The position numbers and the translations under genes were made by a program. Source: Clostridia bacterium (GTDB taxonomy: Bacteria > Bacillota > Clostridia > Oscillospirales > Acutalibacteraceae). Taken from it: a DNA stretch of 64,000 bases. Shown here piece after piece: positions 53,008 through 62,337 of the stretch. The DNA lies in NCBI GenBank assembly GCA_017380575.1, contig JAFODS010000001.1:32713-96712 (forward strand). The letters are read 5' to 3'. The notes under the pieces were generated by a model, which saw only the letters and a program-made list of their open reading frames with translations, did no database searches and was not told where the DNA came from. Positions within the stretch are counted from its first letter, which is position 1; each line of letters opens with the position of its first letter.

Positions 53008-55062
53008 ATGAGATTTCTTGCTCTTATTCAGGCTTTTTTGTTTGTGATTTCTTCGTTCGCTGTTGCGGATTCGAACTTCAAATTTATGGTTGACCGTGCC
53101 GCTTATGACATTACGTCAACGGCAGATGTTTCCTTTGATTCGATGACGGCAGAAGAAATGCAGGTAACAACAGCAGAAAAAGAAGCTTGCCGTAATTGGT
53201 TCGAAGAAAATATTCTTTGTGCAGAAGACCCTGCTTATAACTTCAAATACGGTATGAAGTCTTTCAGAAACAACGAAGACGAATGGACTTTCGAAATCGG
53301 CAAGGAAAGCGAAGTGGGTGCGGTCTGCCGAGGCGGAAAGACAACGGAAATCACTCTTACTCATAAGGATAACGGACTTGTTGCAACTGTTGAGGCAACA
53401 ATTTACGAAGAAAGTGCATCCTGCGAATGGACTGTTTTCATAAAGAATACGGCAGAGGAAAAATCCCCCGTAATTTCAAAGCTGTTCGCGGCTGATTGTA
53501 CAATTCCGACAGGCAGAAAAACCGAGATTTTTTACAGCAAAGGTTCAGAACCTGCAAACGACGACTTTGAGCTTCTTCAGTCAGGAGTTTTTGCAACACC
53601 GTTACGCTTCAATGCAAACGGTGGAAGAACGGAATCCTGCCTGCCTTATTTCAACCTTAACGGTCAGAATGGCGGTGTTGTTCTTGCTGTCGGCTGGTCA
53701 GGTCAGTGGCTTGCAAAAATTTCACAGGGTATTAAAGATACAAACATAAAGGTTTCGCAGGAAACGCTCAAGGGTTATCTCGATCCGGGTGAGGAAGTGC
53801 GTTCTCCGCTTGTTTCACTTACATTCTACGATTCTGAAAATGCACTCAAGGGCTTCAACTCTTTCAGAAATTATACAATCGACTGCATTTATCCCGAGGG
53901 TACAAAGCAGATTACAACATCAGGAGTCGGAGTTGAATTCCCCGAATCAACAATCGACAGCCTTGTTGAAAACATCAATTCAATTCCCGATTGGTTTGCG
54001 GAAGCGGTTGATTATTATTGGGTTGATGCAGGATGGTATCCAATCAAAACAAACTGGGGCGACAGCATCGGCAACTGGTACGTTGACCCGAATAAATTTG
54101 ACCGCCCGTTCAAGGAGGTTTCCGACGCGGCAAACGAAAAGGGAATCGGTTTTCTTCTCTGGCACGAGCCTGAGCGTTGCTGTGCAGGAACAGAAGTTTA
54201 TAACGAATGCATAAAGCACGAAGGCTGGCTCATTGAGCAGGATGAAGAGAGAAATATGGTAAACCTCGCAAACGAGGAGTGCCTCAGATACATAACAGGA
54301 ATTATGCAACGTTCAATTACCGAAAACGGTGTTGATTATTTAAGAATAGACAGCATCCCTGCACCTCTCGTTTTCTGGGAGAAGGGCGACGATATGTGGT
54401 CGGACGGCAGAAAAGGCTTCATTGAAAACCATTATGTCACAAATCTTTACAGAATGCTTGATACCCTTAAGCAGGACAATCCGGGACTTATGATTGACAA
54501 CTGCTGTTCAGGCGGTAAACGTCTTGATATCGAAATGTCAAAGCGTAGCATTCCTCTCTGGAGAACGGATTACAACTGTATGTGGGGTGACGGCGAAGTT
54601 CAGCCCGATATCCTTCAGGCAACTCAGGCACAGACTTACGGAATTTCATTCTGGCTTCCGTACAACGGCACTTGTGCATATGTTGAGGGTGAATATGCGG
54701 ACAGAACGAACATCATTTCCTGTTCACAGAAGCTCGGATATCAGGATATAAGACCTTATATGGTCGGCAATTATTATCCGCTTACCTACGGTGGAGTGGA
54801 CACAACAAAATACCTCGCAATGCAGTTTGACGAGAACGCAGAAGAGGGTATGGCTCTTATTTACAAGCGTGAAAATGTTGAAGAAAACAAATACACGCTG
54901 AAGCTCAACGGACTTGACCCGAATAAGACTTATGTGCTTCACGATTACGACAGTCCAGAAACAACATTTGAGTTGACGGGCAAAGCTCTTATGGAAGAGG
55001 GCACAGAGCTTACAATCAACGACACACCGAAAGCGGTTATCATCGTTTACAAAGCAAAATAA
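53008..55062 (+). CDS. Clan GH-D (GH36-like) alpha-galactosidase family protein
   Basis: YYWVDAGWY, YLRIDS and DNCCSGGKRLD resemble the GH36/GH27 catalytic region. A signal-like N-terminus is present. Confidence 0.65.
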   Translation: MRFLALIQAFLFVISSFAVADSNFKFMVDRAAYDITSTADVSFDSMTAEEMQVTTAEKEACRNWFEENILCAEDPAYNFKYGMKSFRNNEDEWTFEIGKESEVGAVCRGGKTTEITLTHKDNGLVATVEATIYEESASCEWTVFIKNTAEEKSPVISKLFAADCTIPTGRKTEIFYSKGSEPANDDFELLQSGVFATPLRFNANGGRTESCLPYFNLNGQNGGVVLAVGWSGQWLAKISQGIKDTNIKVSQETLKGYLDPGEEVRSPLVSLTFYDSENALKGFNSFRNYTIDCIYPEGTKQITTSGVGVEFPESTIDSLVENINSIPDWFAEAVDYYWVDAGWYPIKTNWGDSIGNWYVDPNKFDRPFKEVSDAANEKGIGFLLWHEPERCCAGTEVYNECIKHEGWLIEQDEERNMVNLANEECLRYITGIMQRSITENGVDYLRIDSIPAPLVFWEKGDDMWSDGRKGFIENHYVTNLYRMLDTLKQDNPGLMIDNCCSGGKRLDIEMSKRSIPLWRTDYNCMWGDGEVQPDILQATQAQTYGISFWLPYNGTCAYVEGEYADRTNIISCSQKLGYQDIRPYMVGNYYPLTYGGVDTTKYLAMQFDENAEEGMALIYKRENVEENKYTLKLNGLDPNKTYVLHDYDSPETTFELTGKALMEEGTELTINDTPKAVIIVYKAK

Positions 55063-55067
55063 AAAAC

Positions 55068-55093
55068 AAGGCTGTGAGGAAACTCACAGCCTT
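55068..55093. terminator. Hairpin terminator, complete copy (aaggctgtgag-gaaa-ctcacagcctt)
   Basis: A perfect 11-bp stem preceded by an A-run. No T-run follows. The same arms recur at 57131-57141 and 57483-57493. Confidence 0.7.
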
Positions 55094-55136
55094 AATTCTA
55101 TATTTAAAAGCGGTAACAACAAAGTTACTGCTTTTT

Positions 55137-55364
55137 TTATTTCAAAGTTTTTTTTGTGTCGGTGAATCCTGCGATATAGTCTATTGAAACGTTATATAAC
55201 TTTGCCAACCTTATTATCAGTTCAAAAGGCGGTTCGCGTTTTCCTTGCTCGTAATTTGTATATGTTGTTTTATGCATATTTAGAATTTTTACAAGTTCGT
55301 CCTGAGTTAAATCCATATCTTCTCTCAGGTCTCTTAAACGAGGATAATACCGCATAATCATCAC
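55137..55364 (-). CDS. XRE-family HTH regulator (75 aa)
   Basis: LREDMDLTQDELVKILNMHKTTYTNYEQGKREP. Confidence 0.8.
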   Translation of the reverse strand: MMIMRYYPRLRDLREDMDLTQDELVKILNMHKTTYTNYEQGKREPPFELIIRLAKLYNVSIDYIAGFTDTKKTLK

Positions 55365-55405
55365 CTGAATTTATTATGCCATATTACAATACACTACATT
55401 GACAA

Positions 55406-55447
55406 AATACATCAAACGTTGTATTCTTGATACATCGTATGATGTAT
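55406..55447. promoter_or_regulatory. Two palindromic candidate operators in the divergent promoter region
   Basis: AATACA-N8-TGTATT (55406-55425) and ATACATC-GTAT-GATGTAT (55430-55447). Confidence 0.4.
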
Positions 55448-55466
55448 TACAGGGGAGGTTTTAGTT

Positions 55467-55871
55467 TTGAAAATCATTGTCTGTGTTGACAAGAAAAACG
55501 GTATGCTTTTCAATTCGCGTCGTCAAAGTCAGGATAGTTTATTAAGAGAACGAATTCTTGAATTGAGTAAAAGCTCAAAACTTTGGATGAATAATTATTC
55601 GGCAAAACAGTTTGATAGTTCACCTGAAATTCAAGTTTCGGACACTTTTATTCAGCAGGCTGGTGTAGGAGAGTTCTGTTTTATTGAAAATTCAGAAATA
55701 CCTACAGAAAGTATTGAAGAAATAATTCTCTATAAGTGGAACCGAACTTATCCTGCGGATGTGTTTTTTGATTTTGATTTAAAGAAAAACGGATTTAAAA
55801 AGATAAGCTCGAACGACTTTGCTGGTAGCTCACACGAAAAGATAACAGAAGAAATTTATATTAAAAAGTAA
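55467..55871 (+). CDS. Small cytoplasmic protein of unknown function (134 aa)
   Basis: TTG start with GGGGAGG 8 nt upstream. The N-terminus MKIIVCVDKKNGMLFNSRRQSQD is vaguely DHFR/RibD_C-like. It lies immediately upstream of the nuclease gene. Confidence 0.6.
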   Translation: MKIIVCVDKKNGMLFNSRRQSQDSLLRERILELSKSSKLWMNNYSAKQFDSSPEIQVSDTFIQQAGVGEFCFIENSEIPTESIEEIILYKWNRTYPADVFFDFDLKKNGFKKISSNDFAGSSHEKITEEIYIKK

Positions 55872-55884
55872 AGGAGAAAACGAA

Positions 55885-57120
55885 ATGAAAAAAATATTGA
55901 ATCTGGTTCAATGGTTAATCGGAATTTTGTTTGCTTTTAGTGCTTTTGCAAGCGGGTTTCATTTTTCAAGTATTTTTATTTTATTAGCCGCACTTTTGAT
56001 GATGCCTATCAAACCAATCCGCGAAGCATTAAAAAAAGTAAAAATTAAAAGCGGTGTTGCCGTATTACTTTCGGTAGTTATCCTTTTTACAGGAATAGCT
56101 TGCACACCGACAAACGATACTCCGTCCGATGAAAACAATTCTGCTTATACAGAAGATTACGGTGAAGAAGACCCTGAACAAACAACAGAGAATCATTTCG
56201 ACAATAAAGAAACAATCTCGACAACAAATACAACAACGACAAGCACAACAACTTCAGCACCTCATTCTCCTGTAGGTTCAGGAAGTGCAAATCCGGTCAA
56301 ACCCTCGGAAACACCTGCTTATACAGGCAGACCATATGTTGCGTTAAACAACAATGTACCCAATTTCAGCTCTGCTGAACTTACAACAAAAGCATACGAA
56401 AAATACAGTCCGCTTGACAGCCTTGGCAGATGCGGAGTTGCAATTGCTTCCTGCGGTAAAGAAATTATGCCTGGAACAAACGAGGAAAGAGGAAGCATAA
56501 GTTCGATAAAACCGTCAGGTTGGAATCAGGCAAAGTATGACGGAGTATCAGGCGGTTATCTTTGGAACAGATGCCACTTAATTGGTTGGCAGCTTTCTGC
56601 AGAAAACGCAAACAGACAAAATCTTATCACAGGCACAAGGTATATGAATGTATCTGGTATGTTACCGTTTGAAAATATGGTAGCAGACTACATAAAAGAA
56701 ACAGGAAACCATGTTGCCTACCGTGTAACACCTATTTTTAAAGGTAATAACCTCGTTTGCTCAGGTGTGCAGATTGAAGCATATTCTGTTGAAGATAACG
56801 GTGACGGTATTTGTTTCAATGTTTATTGTTTCAACATCCAACCGAATATAACAATTAATTATGCTGACGGTAGCAGTTCATCTTCTTCAGGTACGACAGT
56901 AAAGAAAGAAACAACAACGAAAAGAGTTACAACAACAAAGAAAACTACTACAGAATCGTATGATTCATATGACGATGATCAGAGTAATTATGTTTACATA
57001 ACAAAGACAGGAAAAAAATATCATAGTATACCGAACTGTGGAAACACAAAAACTGCATACAAAGTTTCTCTTGCAGAAGCAAAAAGAAAAACGGAAGGTC
57101 CGTGCAGTAAATGCTGGTAA
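55885..57120 (+). CDS. Membrane-anchored or secreted DNA/RNA non-specific endonuclease (Endonuclease_NS_2-like) with a C-terminal Cys-rich KYH...C...CxxC module
   Basis: N-terminal TM segments and a T/S-rich linker. The nuclease motifs are PLDSLGRCG and WNRCHLIGWQLS. The C-terminal segment is YITKTGKKYHSIPNCGN...GPCSKCW. Confidence 0.75.
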   Translation: MKKILNLVQWLIGILFAFSAFASGFHFSSIFILLAALLMMPIKPIREALKKVKIKSGVAVLLSVVILFTGIACTPTNDTPSDENNSAYTEDYGEEDPEQTTENHFDNKETISTTNTTTTSTTTSAPHSPVGSGSANPVKPSETPAYTGRPYVALNNNVPNFSSAELTTKAYEKYSPLDSLGRCGVAIASCGKEIMPGTNEERGSISSIKPSGWNQAKYDGVSGGYLWNRCHLIGWQLSAENANRQNLITGTRYMNVSGMLPFENMVADYIKETGNHVAYRVTPIFKGNNLVCSGVQIEAYSVEDNGDGICFNVYCFNIQPNITINYADGSSSSSSGTTVKKETTTKRVTTTKKTTTESYDSYDDDQSNYVYITKTGKKYHSIPNCGNTKTAYKVSLAEAKRKTEGPCSKCW

Positions 57121-57130
57121 AATAAGAATT

Positions 57131-57141
57131 AAGGCTGTGAG
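57131..57141 (+). repeat. Second copy of the left hairpin arm (aaggctgtgag)
   Basis: Identical to 55068-55078. It is followed by aaa and then unrelated sequence. Confidence 0.85.
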
Positions 57142-57227
57142 AAATGAACAGGTTTCCTAAGGGCATTTTCTATAAGGAAGCGGAAATTGACACACAAATC
57201 CCCTGCTTGTAACAGGAAAAGATAAAA

Positions 57228-57276
57228 CTACCCGTCGAAGAGGATTGAAAGACTCTTTTTCGGGTAGTAATTTTTT
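57228..57276 (+). terminator. Hairpin plus T6 downstream of the nuclease gene
   Basis: The outer stem is ctacccg / cgggtag with partial inner pairing, then aaTTTTTT. Confidence 0.55.
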
Positions 57277-57278
57277 GT

Positions 57279-57480
57279 AGTGATATTCTGTGCCAAGCAC
57301 AGAGTGATATTTCCCTTTCGGGAAGTGATATTGAAATCTTGCGATTTCAGTGTTATTTTATTCGCCATAAACTGCCGAAGGCAATATCACTTGGACTTTT
57401 GTCCAAATATCACTGCGTAGCAATAGAACTCGCCGCAAGGCGAATAAAACTGCCCAAGTGTCCTTTGAAACACTTGGGCA
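57279..57480 (+). repeat. Array of seven or more mini-hairpins separated by AGTGATATT / AATATCACT spacers
   Basis: AGTGATATT occurs at 57279, 57303 and 57324, and AATATCACT at 57383 and 57406. The hairpins are ctgtgc-caa-gcacag, tccc-tttc-ggga, gaaatc-ttgc-gatttc, tgcc-gaa-ggca, ggac-tttt-gtcc, cgcc-gcaa-ggcg and tgcccaagtg-N10-cacttgggca. Confidence 0.8.
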
Positions 57481-57482
57481 AA

Positions 57483-57493
57483 CTCACAGCCTT
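57483..57493 (+). repeat. Second copy of the right hairpin arm (ctcacagcctt), followed by a T-run
   Basis: Identical to 55083-55093. It overlaps the stop codon of the PfkB kinase gene. Confidence 0.85.
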
Positions 57494-58431
57494 GTTTTTA
57501 TATCTTCGATTGTGGGCAGGGACGGGATTGCTCCGTGGTGTTCAACGCAGAAGCTTGCCGCTGCATTTGCAAAAAGCGCAAAGTCTTTTAATTCGTTCAG
57601 TGTCAGCTCGTCGGGGTTCTTGCCCGACTGTGCGATTTTTAAGAGGAATGCACCCCAGAACGAATCGCCTGCACCTGTGCAGTCAACCGCACAAACGTTG
57701 AAGCCTTCAACCTTGGCTCCGCCTTCCTTTGTGCAGACGTAAGCTCCTTCCTTGCCGAGGGTCACAACGGCAATTTTTGCTCCGTTTCGGACGAGCTTTT
57801 CTGCCGCTTTTTCAAAATCACTCTCATTTGTCAGAAGTAATGTTTCCTCGTCAGAAATTTTTACAAGGTCTGCAAAGTCAAGTGCATTTCGCATATTAAG
57901 AACAGCGTCTTCTTCATTCGCCCAAAGTGATGCTCTGTAATTCGGGTCATAGGCAACGGTTATGCCGTTTTCTTTTGCTGTTCCGGCGGCAAAAAGTGTT
58001 GCACTTCGTGACGGCTCGTCCGTCAGCGAAACCGAGCCGAAATGAAATATTTTACTTTCCGTAATTTTTTCAACGGGTATGTCGTCTGTGCAGAGCATTT
58101 TGTCCGCTCCGTGCTTTCTTGCAAAAGAAAATTCTCTTTCACCGTCTTCGTTGACGTCAACAAAAGCAAGTGTTGTGAAAAAATCTTTATCAAAAATCAG
58201 TGAATCGCAGTTGACCTTGTTTTCCTTAAGCGTATCTGCAAGGAATCTGCCGTGCATATCGTCGCCGACCTTGCCGACAAATGCGGATTTTCCGCCAAGC
58301 CTTGCAACGGCAACCGCAACGTTTGCGGGTGCTCCGCCCGGATTCTGTGCAAAAAGTCGCTGTCCCTGCTCATTTTTTCCGCAAGCTGTGAAGTCAATCA
58401 GAAGCTCACCGAGAGTTATAATGTCTGTCAT
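57484..58431 (-). CDS. PfkB-family carbohydrate kinase (fructokinase-like)
   Basis: N-terminal GELLIDF...GGAPANVA and C-terminal DCTGAGDSFWGAF motifs. Confidence 0.85.
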   Translation of the reverse strand: MTDIITLGELLIDFTACGKNEQGQRLFAQNPGGAPANVAVAVARLGGKSAFVGKVGDDMHGRFLADTLKENKVNCDSLIFDKDFFTTLAFVDVNEDGEREFSFARKHGADKMLCTDDIPVEKITESKIFHFGSVSLTDEPSRSATLFAAGTAKENGITVAYDPNYRASLWANEEDAVLNMRNALDFADLVKISDEETLLLTNESDFEKAAEKLVRNGAKIAVVTLGKEGAYVCTKEGGAKVEGFNVCAVDCTGAGDSFWGAFLLKIAQSGKNPDELTLNELKDFALFANAAASFCVEHHGAIPSLPTIEDIKTRL

Positions 58432-58489
58432 ATTTTTCCCTCATATCAAACGGCACCCACCCGTCTGCGGAGTGAGTGCCTGATTTTTT

Positions 58490-60022
58490 TTAGTTACCGA
58501 AGAACTGTTCCCAGTAGCTGTTGGGAAGCTGTTCCTGACTTGTTGTCGGGCTTGTTGTGCCCTTGTCCTCAACAAGCTCAACCGTTACGTCAAATTCAGA
58601 GATTGAGTAATCATTTCCGATTCGGCAGAGTGTAAGTGTAAGCTTGTCGCCGACCTTGCCGTTTTCAATCTTATCAAGAAGAACATCGGGAGTGTCAAGG
58701 TCCTTGCCGTCAACAGCGATAATAAGGTCATAAACCTCAGCCTTTGTTGAAGCAAGTGAGCTGTCGGGGTTGATATCGCGGATGATGAGCGAACCTGCAG
58801 GGAGCTCCTTAAGCTGAATGATCATTGCATACTGCTGATACTGCATTGCAGCTGTGTATGAAATACCGAGCTTCGGTCTGTTTGTAACCATACCGTTTGC
58901 AATAAGGTCGTCAATAATCGGCTTTGCATCAGTGATCGGAATTGAAAAAGCCATTCCCTCGTAACCTGTGCTTACGATTTTTGAAGAGTTGATGCCGATA
59001 ACCTGGCCGAATTCGTTAAGGAGAGCACCGCCTGAGTTACCTGAGTTGATAGGTGTTGAATGCTGGATACACTTCATTTCGTATCCGCTTTCGCTGCTTA
59101 TCGGACGGTCGATTGAAGAGATCATTCCGTCTGTGAATGAGCCGAAAAATTCCATACCGCCCGGGTTGCCGATTGCATAAACCTTCTGACCCTTTTTGAG
59201 TGAGGAAGAATCACCAAACTGTGCAAGCGGAAGTCCCGTTGCTTTGATTTTAATAACGCCGATGTCTGTTTTCTCGTCACAACCTACCATAATTCCGTCG
59301 TAGGTATTTCCTTCGGAATCCTGAACGGTTATTGTGTACTTGCTGTCCTTAGCGGCTTTGATAACGTGAGCACAGGTGAGGATATAAGTGTAGGTGTTTG
59401 TTTTGTCAACACTCATAAGGATTCCCGAGCCTTCGCCGACAAGTGAGTCGCTTGTACCGGTAAGGAAGGATTGGGTTTTGCCGTAAATCATAATTCCGAC
59501 GTTAATTTTTTCTGCATTTTCTGCAATCTGAATTGTTGCAAGGCTTTCCGAATCCTTCGAAGGTGTCGGAGATTCCATAATCGTGATTTCTGAGCCTGAA
59601 GATGCAGGCGGATTTGCCTCAGTCTTACCGTCATAAGAAAAGAGTCCTATTAACAGGCACAAACCGAGAGCAATAAAAGCAAGAACAACTGCAACTATGA
59701 CGAAAGCGACAAAGCCTTTATTCTTTTTCTTTTTTTTCGGTTCTTCTGCAGGAGCACTGCTCTGGAACTGAGAATAGAATGAGCTCGGGTCGTTGCTGAA
59801 ATTACCCTGCGAAGAATACTGTGCGGAGTAAGGGCTTTCAACACGCTGAGTGTCTGTGTAATAAGAAGTCTGCTGCGGAGCTTCCTCGGGCTGTGTCGGC
59901 TGTACAGGCTCACTTACAGGTTCATTAATCGGTTCAGCTGTCGGAGTAGTGGGTTCGTTTACAGGCTCGTATGTCGGTGTGGGTTCGTTGTTTGGAATGA
60001 ATCCGTTACCGTTTTCGTTCAT
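58490..60022 (-). CDS. HtrA/DegP-family trypsin-like serine protease (S1C) with a PDZ domain and a P/E/T-rich N-terminus
   Basis: TCAHV (His), GNSGGALLN (Ser), one TM segment and a C-terminal PDZ-like segment. Confidence 0.85.
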   Translation of the reverse strand: MNENGNGFIPNNEPTPTYEPVNEPTTPTAEPINEPVSEPVQPTQPEEAPQQTSYYTDTQRVESPYSAQYSSQGNFSNDPSSFYSQFQSSAPAEEPKKKKKNKGFVAFVIVAVVLAFIALGLCLLIGLFSYDGKTEANPPASSGSEITIMESPTPSKDSESLATIQIAENAEKINVGIMIYGKTQSFLTGTSDSLVGEGSGILMSVDKTNTYTYILTCAHVIKAAKDSKYTITVQDSEGNTYDGIMVGCDEKTDIGVIKIKATGLPLAQFGDSSSLKKGQKVYAIGNPGGMEFFGSFTDGMISSIDRPISSESGYEMKCIQHSTPINSGNSGGALLNEFGQVIGINSSKIVSTGYEGMAFSIPITDAKPIIDDLIANGMVTNRPKLGISYTAAMQYQQYAMIIQLKELPAGSLIIRDINPDSSLASTKAEVYDLIIAVDGKDLDTPDVLLDKIENGKVGDKLTLTLCRIGNDYSISEFDVTVELVEDKGTTSPTTSQEQLPNSYWEQFFGN

Positions 60023-60049
60023 GGTAGTTCATCCTGCCTCTCTTGGGAG

Positions 60050-61549
60050 TTAAATTTGATTTGGTATCCAGAAAGCAAATTCGGTGTATTCGCCGACCTT
60101 GCTGTCTACTCTGATTTCACCGCCGTGAAGCTCAACAATGCTTTTGACAAGGAAAAGTCCGAGTCCCGCACCCTTTACGTCGTAGCTTCGCGAACGGTCA
60201 ACTTTATAAAAACGCTCAAAGACTTTGTTAAGCTCGTCGCGTTCAATGCCGTCACCGCTGTTTCTTATGCTGACAAAGGTTTTTTCGCTGTCTTTATAGT
60301 CCTTTATAAAGATGTAACCGTTGTCGGGGGTGAATTTTACGGCATTGTCGATAAGGTTGTAAACAACCTGCTGTATCATATCTTCGTCGGCATTTACGGT
60401 TACGCTCTGCATCGTGTCAAGACCGACGATTTCAATGTTTTTATCGTTGATTTTCTTCTCGAAATTAAGAAGTGTTTTAAAAATAGTTGCGCTGATATCG
60501 AAGTTTTTCAGGTTAATCTGCATTTCGCCTGCTTCAATTTTGGACATATTCAGCATACCCGTAACAAGCCTTGAAAGACGTTTTACTTCGTCGGAAACAA
60601 GCTGTAGGTAATAATCCTGCCTGTCATGGCTGATTGTGCCGTCAAGAATTCCGTCAATGAAGCCTCCGATTGAAGTCATCGGTGTTTTCAGCTCGTGCGA
60701 AACGTTTGCAACAAAGCTTCGTCGTGAGCTTTCCTGCGAGGAAAGCGACATCGCCAACGCGTTGAATGAATCCGCAAGCTCAGCAAGCTCGTCGTAACCC
60801 TTAACCTTGACCTTGTAGCTGAAGTCGCCTGCCGCATAGTGCCTGATTGCATCGGACATCTGCTTGAGCGGACGTGTCAGCCTGTATGAAAGGTAATAAA
60901 CCGTAAGGAACGAAACAATAAGTGCAAGCACAGCTGCGGTGAGGAAAACCTCAACAACTCTTTCAGCGTAATTGTACCAGCTTATCTGAATCGGCTCGGT
61001 TGCGAAAACGATTGCGACGGTTTCTCCGTTTACGGCAATCGGTGAAGCTGTTGTAATCTGTTTGTCGGCAAATGTTCCGCCAAGGGTTGAAGTTTCGGAA
61101 TAGTTTCCTTTTCCTGCTTCAAGGATGATTTTTTGGTCGATGCGGTATCTGCCGTGAACAGGACAGCGGTATTTATTTGAAAAGCCGATGTTGTCGTCAA
61201 TCATATCCTTACAAACGACAACCTTTCCGTTCATATCCGTAATAAAAATGTCCGCTTCGATCGCCTTTGACATTATTGCCATCGTGTTACAGATCATAGC
61301 AAGCGGTGAAGTGTCCGTCTTGCCGTTCATATCCGTGTGGTTGTATCGGACAAGAATCTGTTCTGCATTCTGTGCAATAATATCTGAATTGTGCTGAAGT
61401 GTATTCAGCTGCTCTGTGTTCCAATGCTGTGAAGCAAGGAAAAGATAAGACGAGCAAAGAAGAATGACACTCATAAGGATGACCGAGGTTATGATAAACA
61501 GATATTTACGGAACAGCCTGGTGTTTCTTTGTTTTGTTTTTTTGCCCAT
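60050..61549 (-). CDS. Sensor histidine kinase (two TM segments, HAMP, HisKA, HATPase_c)
   Basis: The H-box is FVANVSHELKTPMTSI, the N-box is YNLIDNAVKFT, and GAGLGLFLVKSIV is present. Confidence 0.85.
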   Translation of the reverse strand: MGKKTKQRNTRLFRKYLFIITSVILMSVILLCSSYLFLASQHWNTEQLNTLQHNSDIIAQNAEQILVRYNHTDMNGKTDTSPLAMICNTMAIMSKAIEADIFITDMNGKVVVCKDMIDDNIGFSNKYRCPVHGRYRIDQKIILEAGKGNYSETSTLGGTFADKQITTASPIAVNGETVAIVFATEPIQISWYNYAERVVEVFLTAAVLALIVSFLTVYYLSYRLTRPLKQMSDAIRHYAAGDFSYKVKVKGYDELAELADSFNALAMSLSSQESSRRSFVANVSHELKTPMTSIGGFIDGILDGTISHDRQDYYLQLVSDEVKRLSRLVTGMLNMSKIEAGEMQINLKNFDISATIFKTLLNFEKKINDKNIEIVGLDTMQSVTVNADEDMIQQVVYNLIDNAVKFTPDNGYIFIKDYKDSEKTFVSIRNSGDGIERDELNKVFERFYKVDRSRSYDVKGAGLGLFLVKSIVELHGGEIRVDSKVGEYTEFAFWIPNQI

Positions 61550-61555
61550 AGACTA

Positions 61556-62257
61556 TCAGTCCTTGGTTTCAAATTTGTAGCCGACGCTCCATACAGTTTT
61601 GAGCTCCCACTTGTCGGAAACTCCCTCGAGCTTTTCACGGATTCTTTTAACGTGAACGTCAACCGTACGGCTGTCACCGTAATAATCAAATCCCCATACC
61701 TCGTCAAGAAGCTGGTCACGTGTAAAAACGCGGTTCGGATTGCTTGCAAGGTGATAAAGAAGCTCCATTTCCTTCGGCGGAGCCTCAACGCGGTTTCCTT
61801 TTACCTTGAGCTCGTAATTTGTAAGATTGATTACAAGGTTATCGTAAGAAACCTGCTTGATTTCCTCTGTGTGCTCAACAATTGAGCTGCCGTTTGAACG
61901 GCGAAGAACAGCCTTGATTCGTGCAAGAACTTCCTTTGCATCAAAAGGCTTTGTGATATAATCGTCTGCACCAAGCTCAAGACCGAGAACCTTGTCAAAG
62001 GTTTCGCCCTTTGCGGTGAGCATAATTATCGGCTTGTTTGAATATTTTCTTATTTCTCTGCAAACCTGCCAGCCGTCAAGCTCAGGAAGCATAATGTCAA
62101 GAAGCATAAGGTCGGGCTGCTGCTCGGCAAACGAACGAACAGCCTGCATACCTGTGTTTGCGATTGTAACGGAATAGCCTTCCTTTTCAAGATAAAGACG
62201 GAGTAATTCGCAGATATTGGTGTCATCATCGACTACAAGAATTTTTTCTGTTGCCAT
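61556..62257 (-). CDS. OmpR/PhoB-family response regulator
   Basis: The receiver is KILVVDDD...LLDIMLP...MLTAKG. The winged-helix C-terminus is RVFTRDQLLDEVWG...VDVHVKRIREKL. The ATG at 62257 has a GGAGGG RBS. Confidence 0.9.
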   Translation of the reverse strand: MATEKILVVDDDTNICELLRLYLEKEGYSVTIANTGMQAVRSFAEQQPDLMLLDIMLPELDGWQVCREIRKYSNKPIIMLTAKGETFDKVLGLELGADDYITKPFDAKEVLARIKAVLRRSNGSSIVEHTEEIKQVSYDNLVINLTNYELKVKGNRVEAPPKEMELLYHLASNPNRVFTRDQLLDEVWGFDYYGDSRTVDVHVKRIREKLEGVSDKWELKTVWSVGYKFETKD

Positions 62258-62337
62258 AGTAGTTCCCTCCAATTCCTTTGTTCAATTTCTATTATAAGCC
62301 TTAATTTGTATAATTTGTGAACTAATCAAAAATAAAT

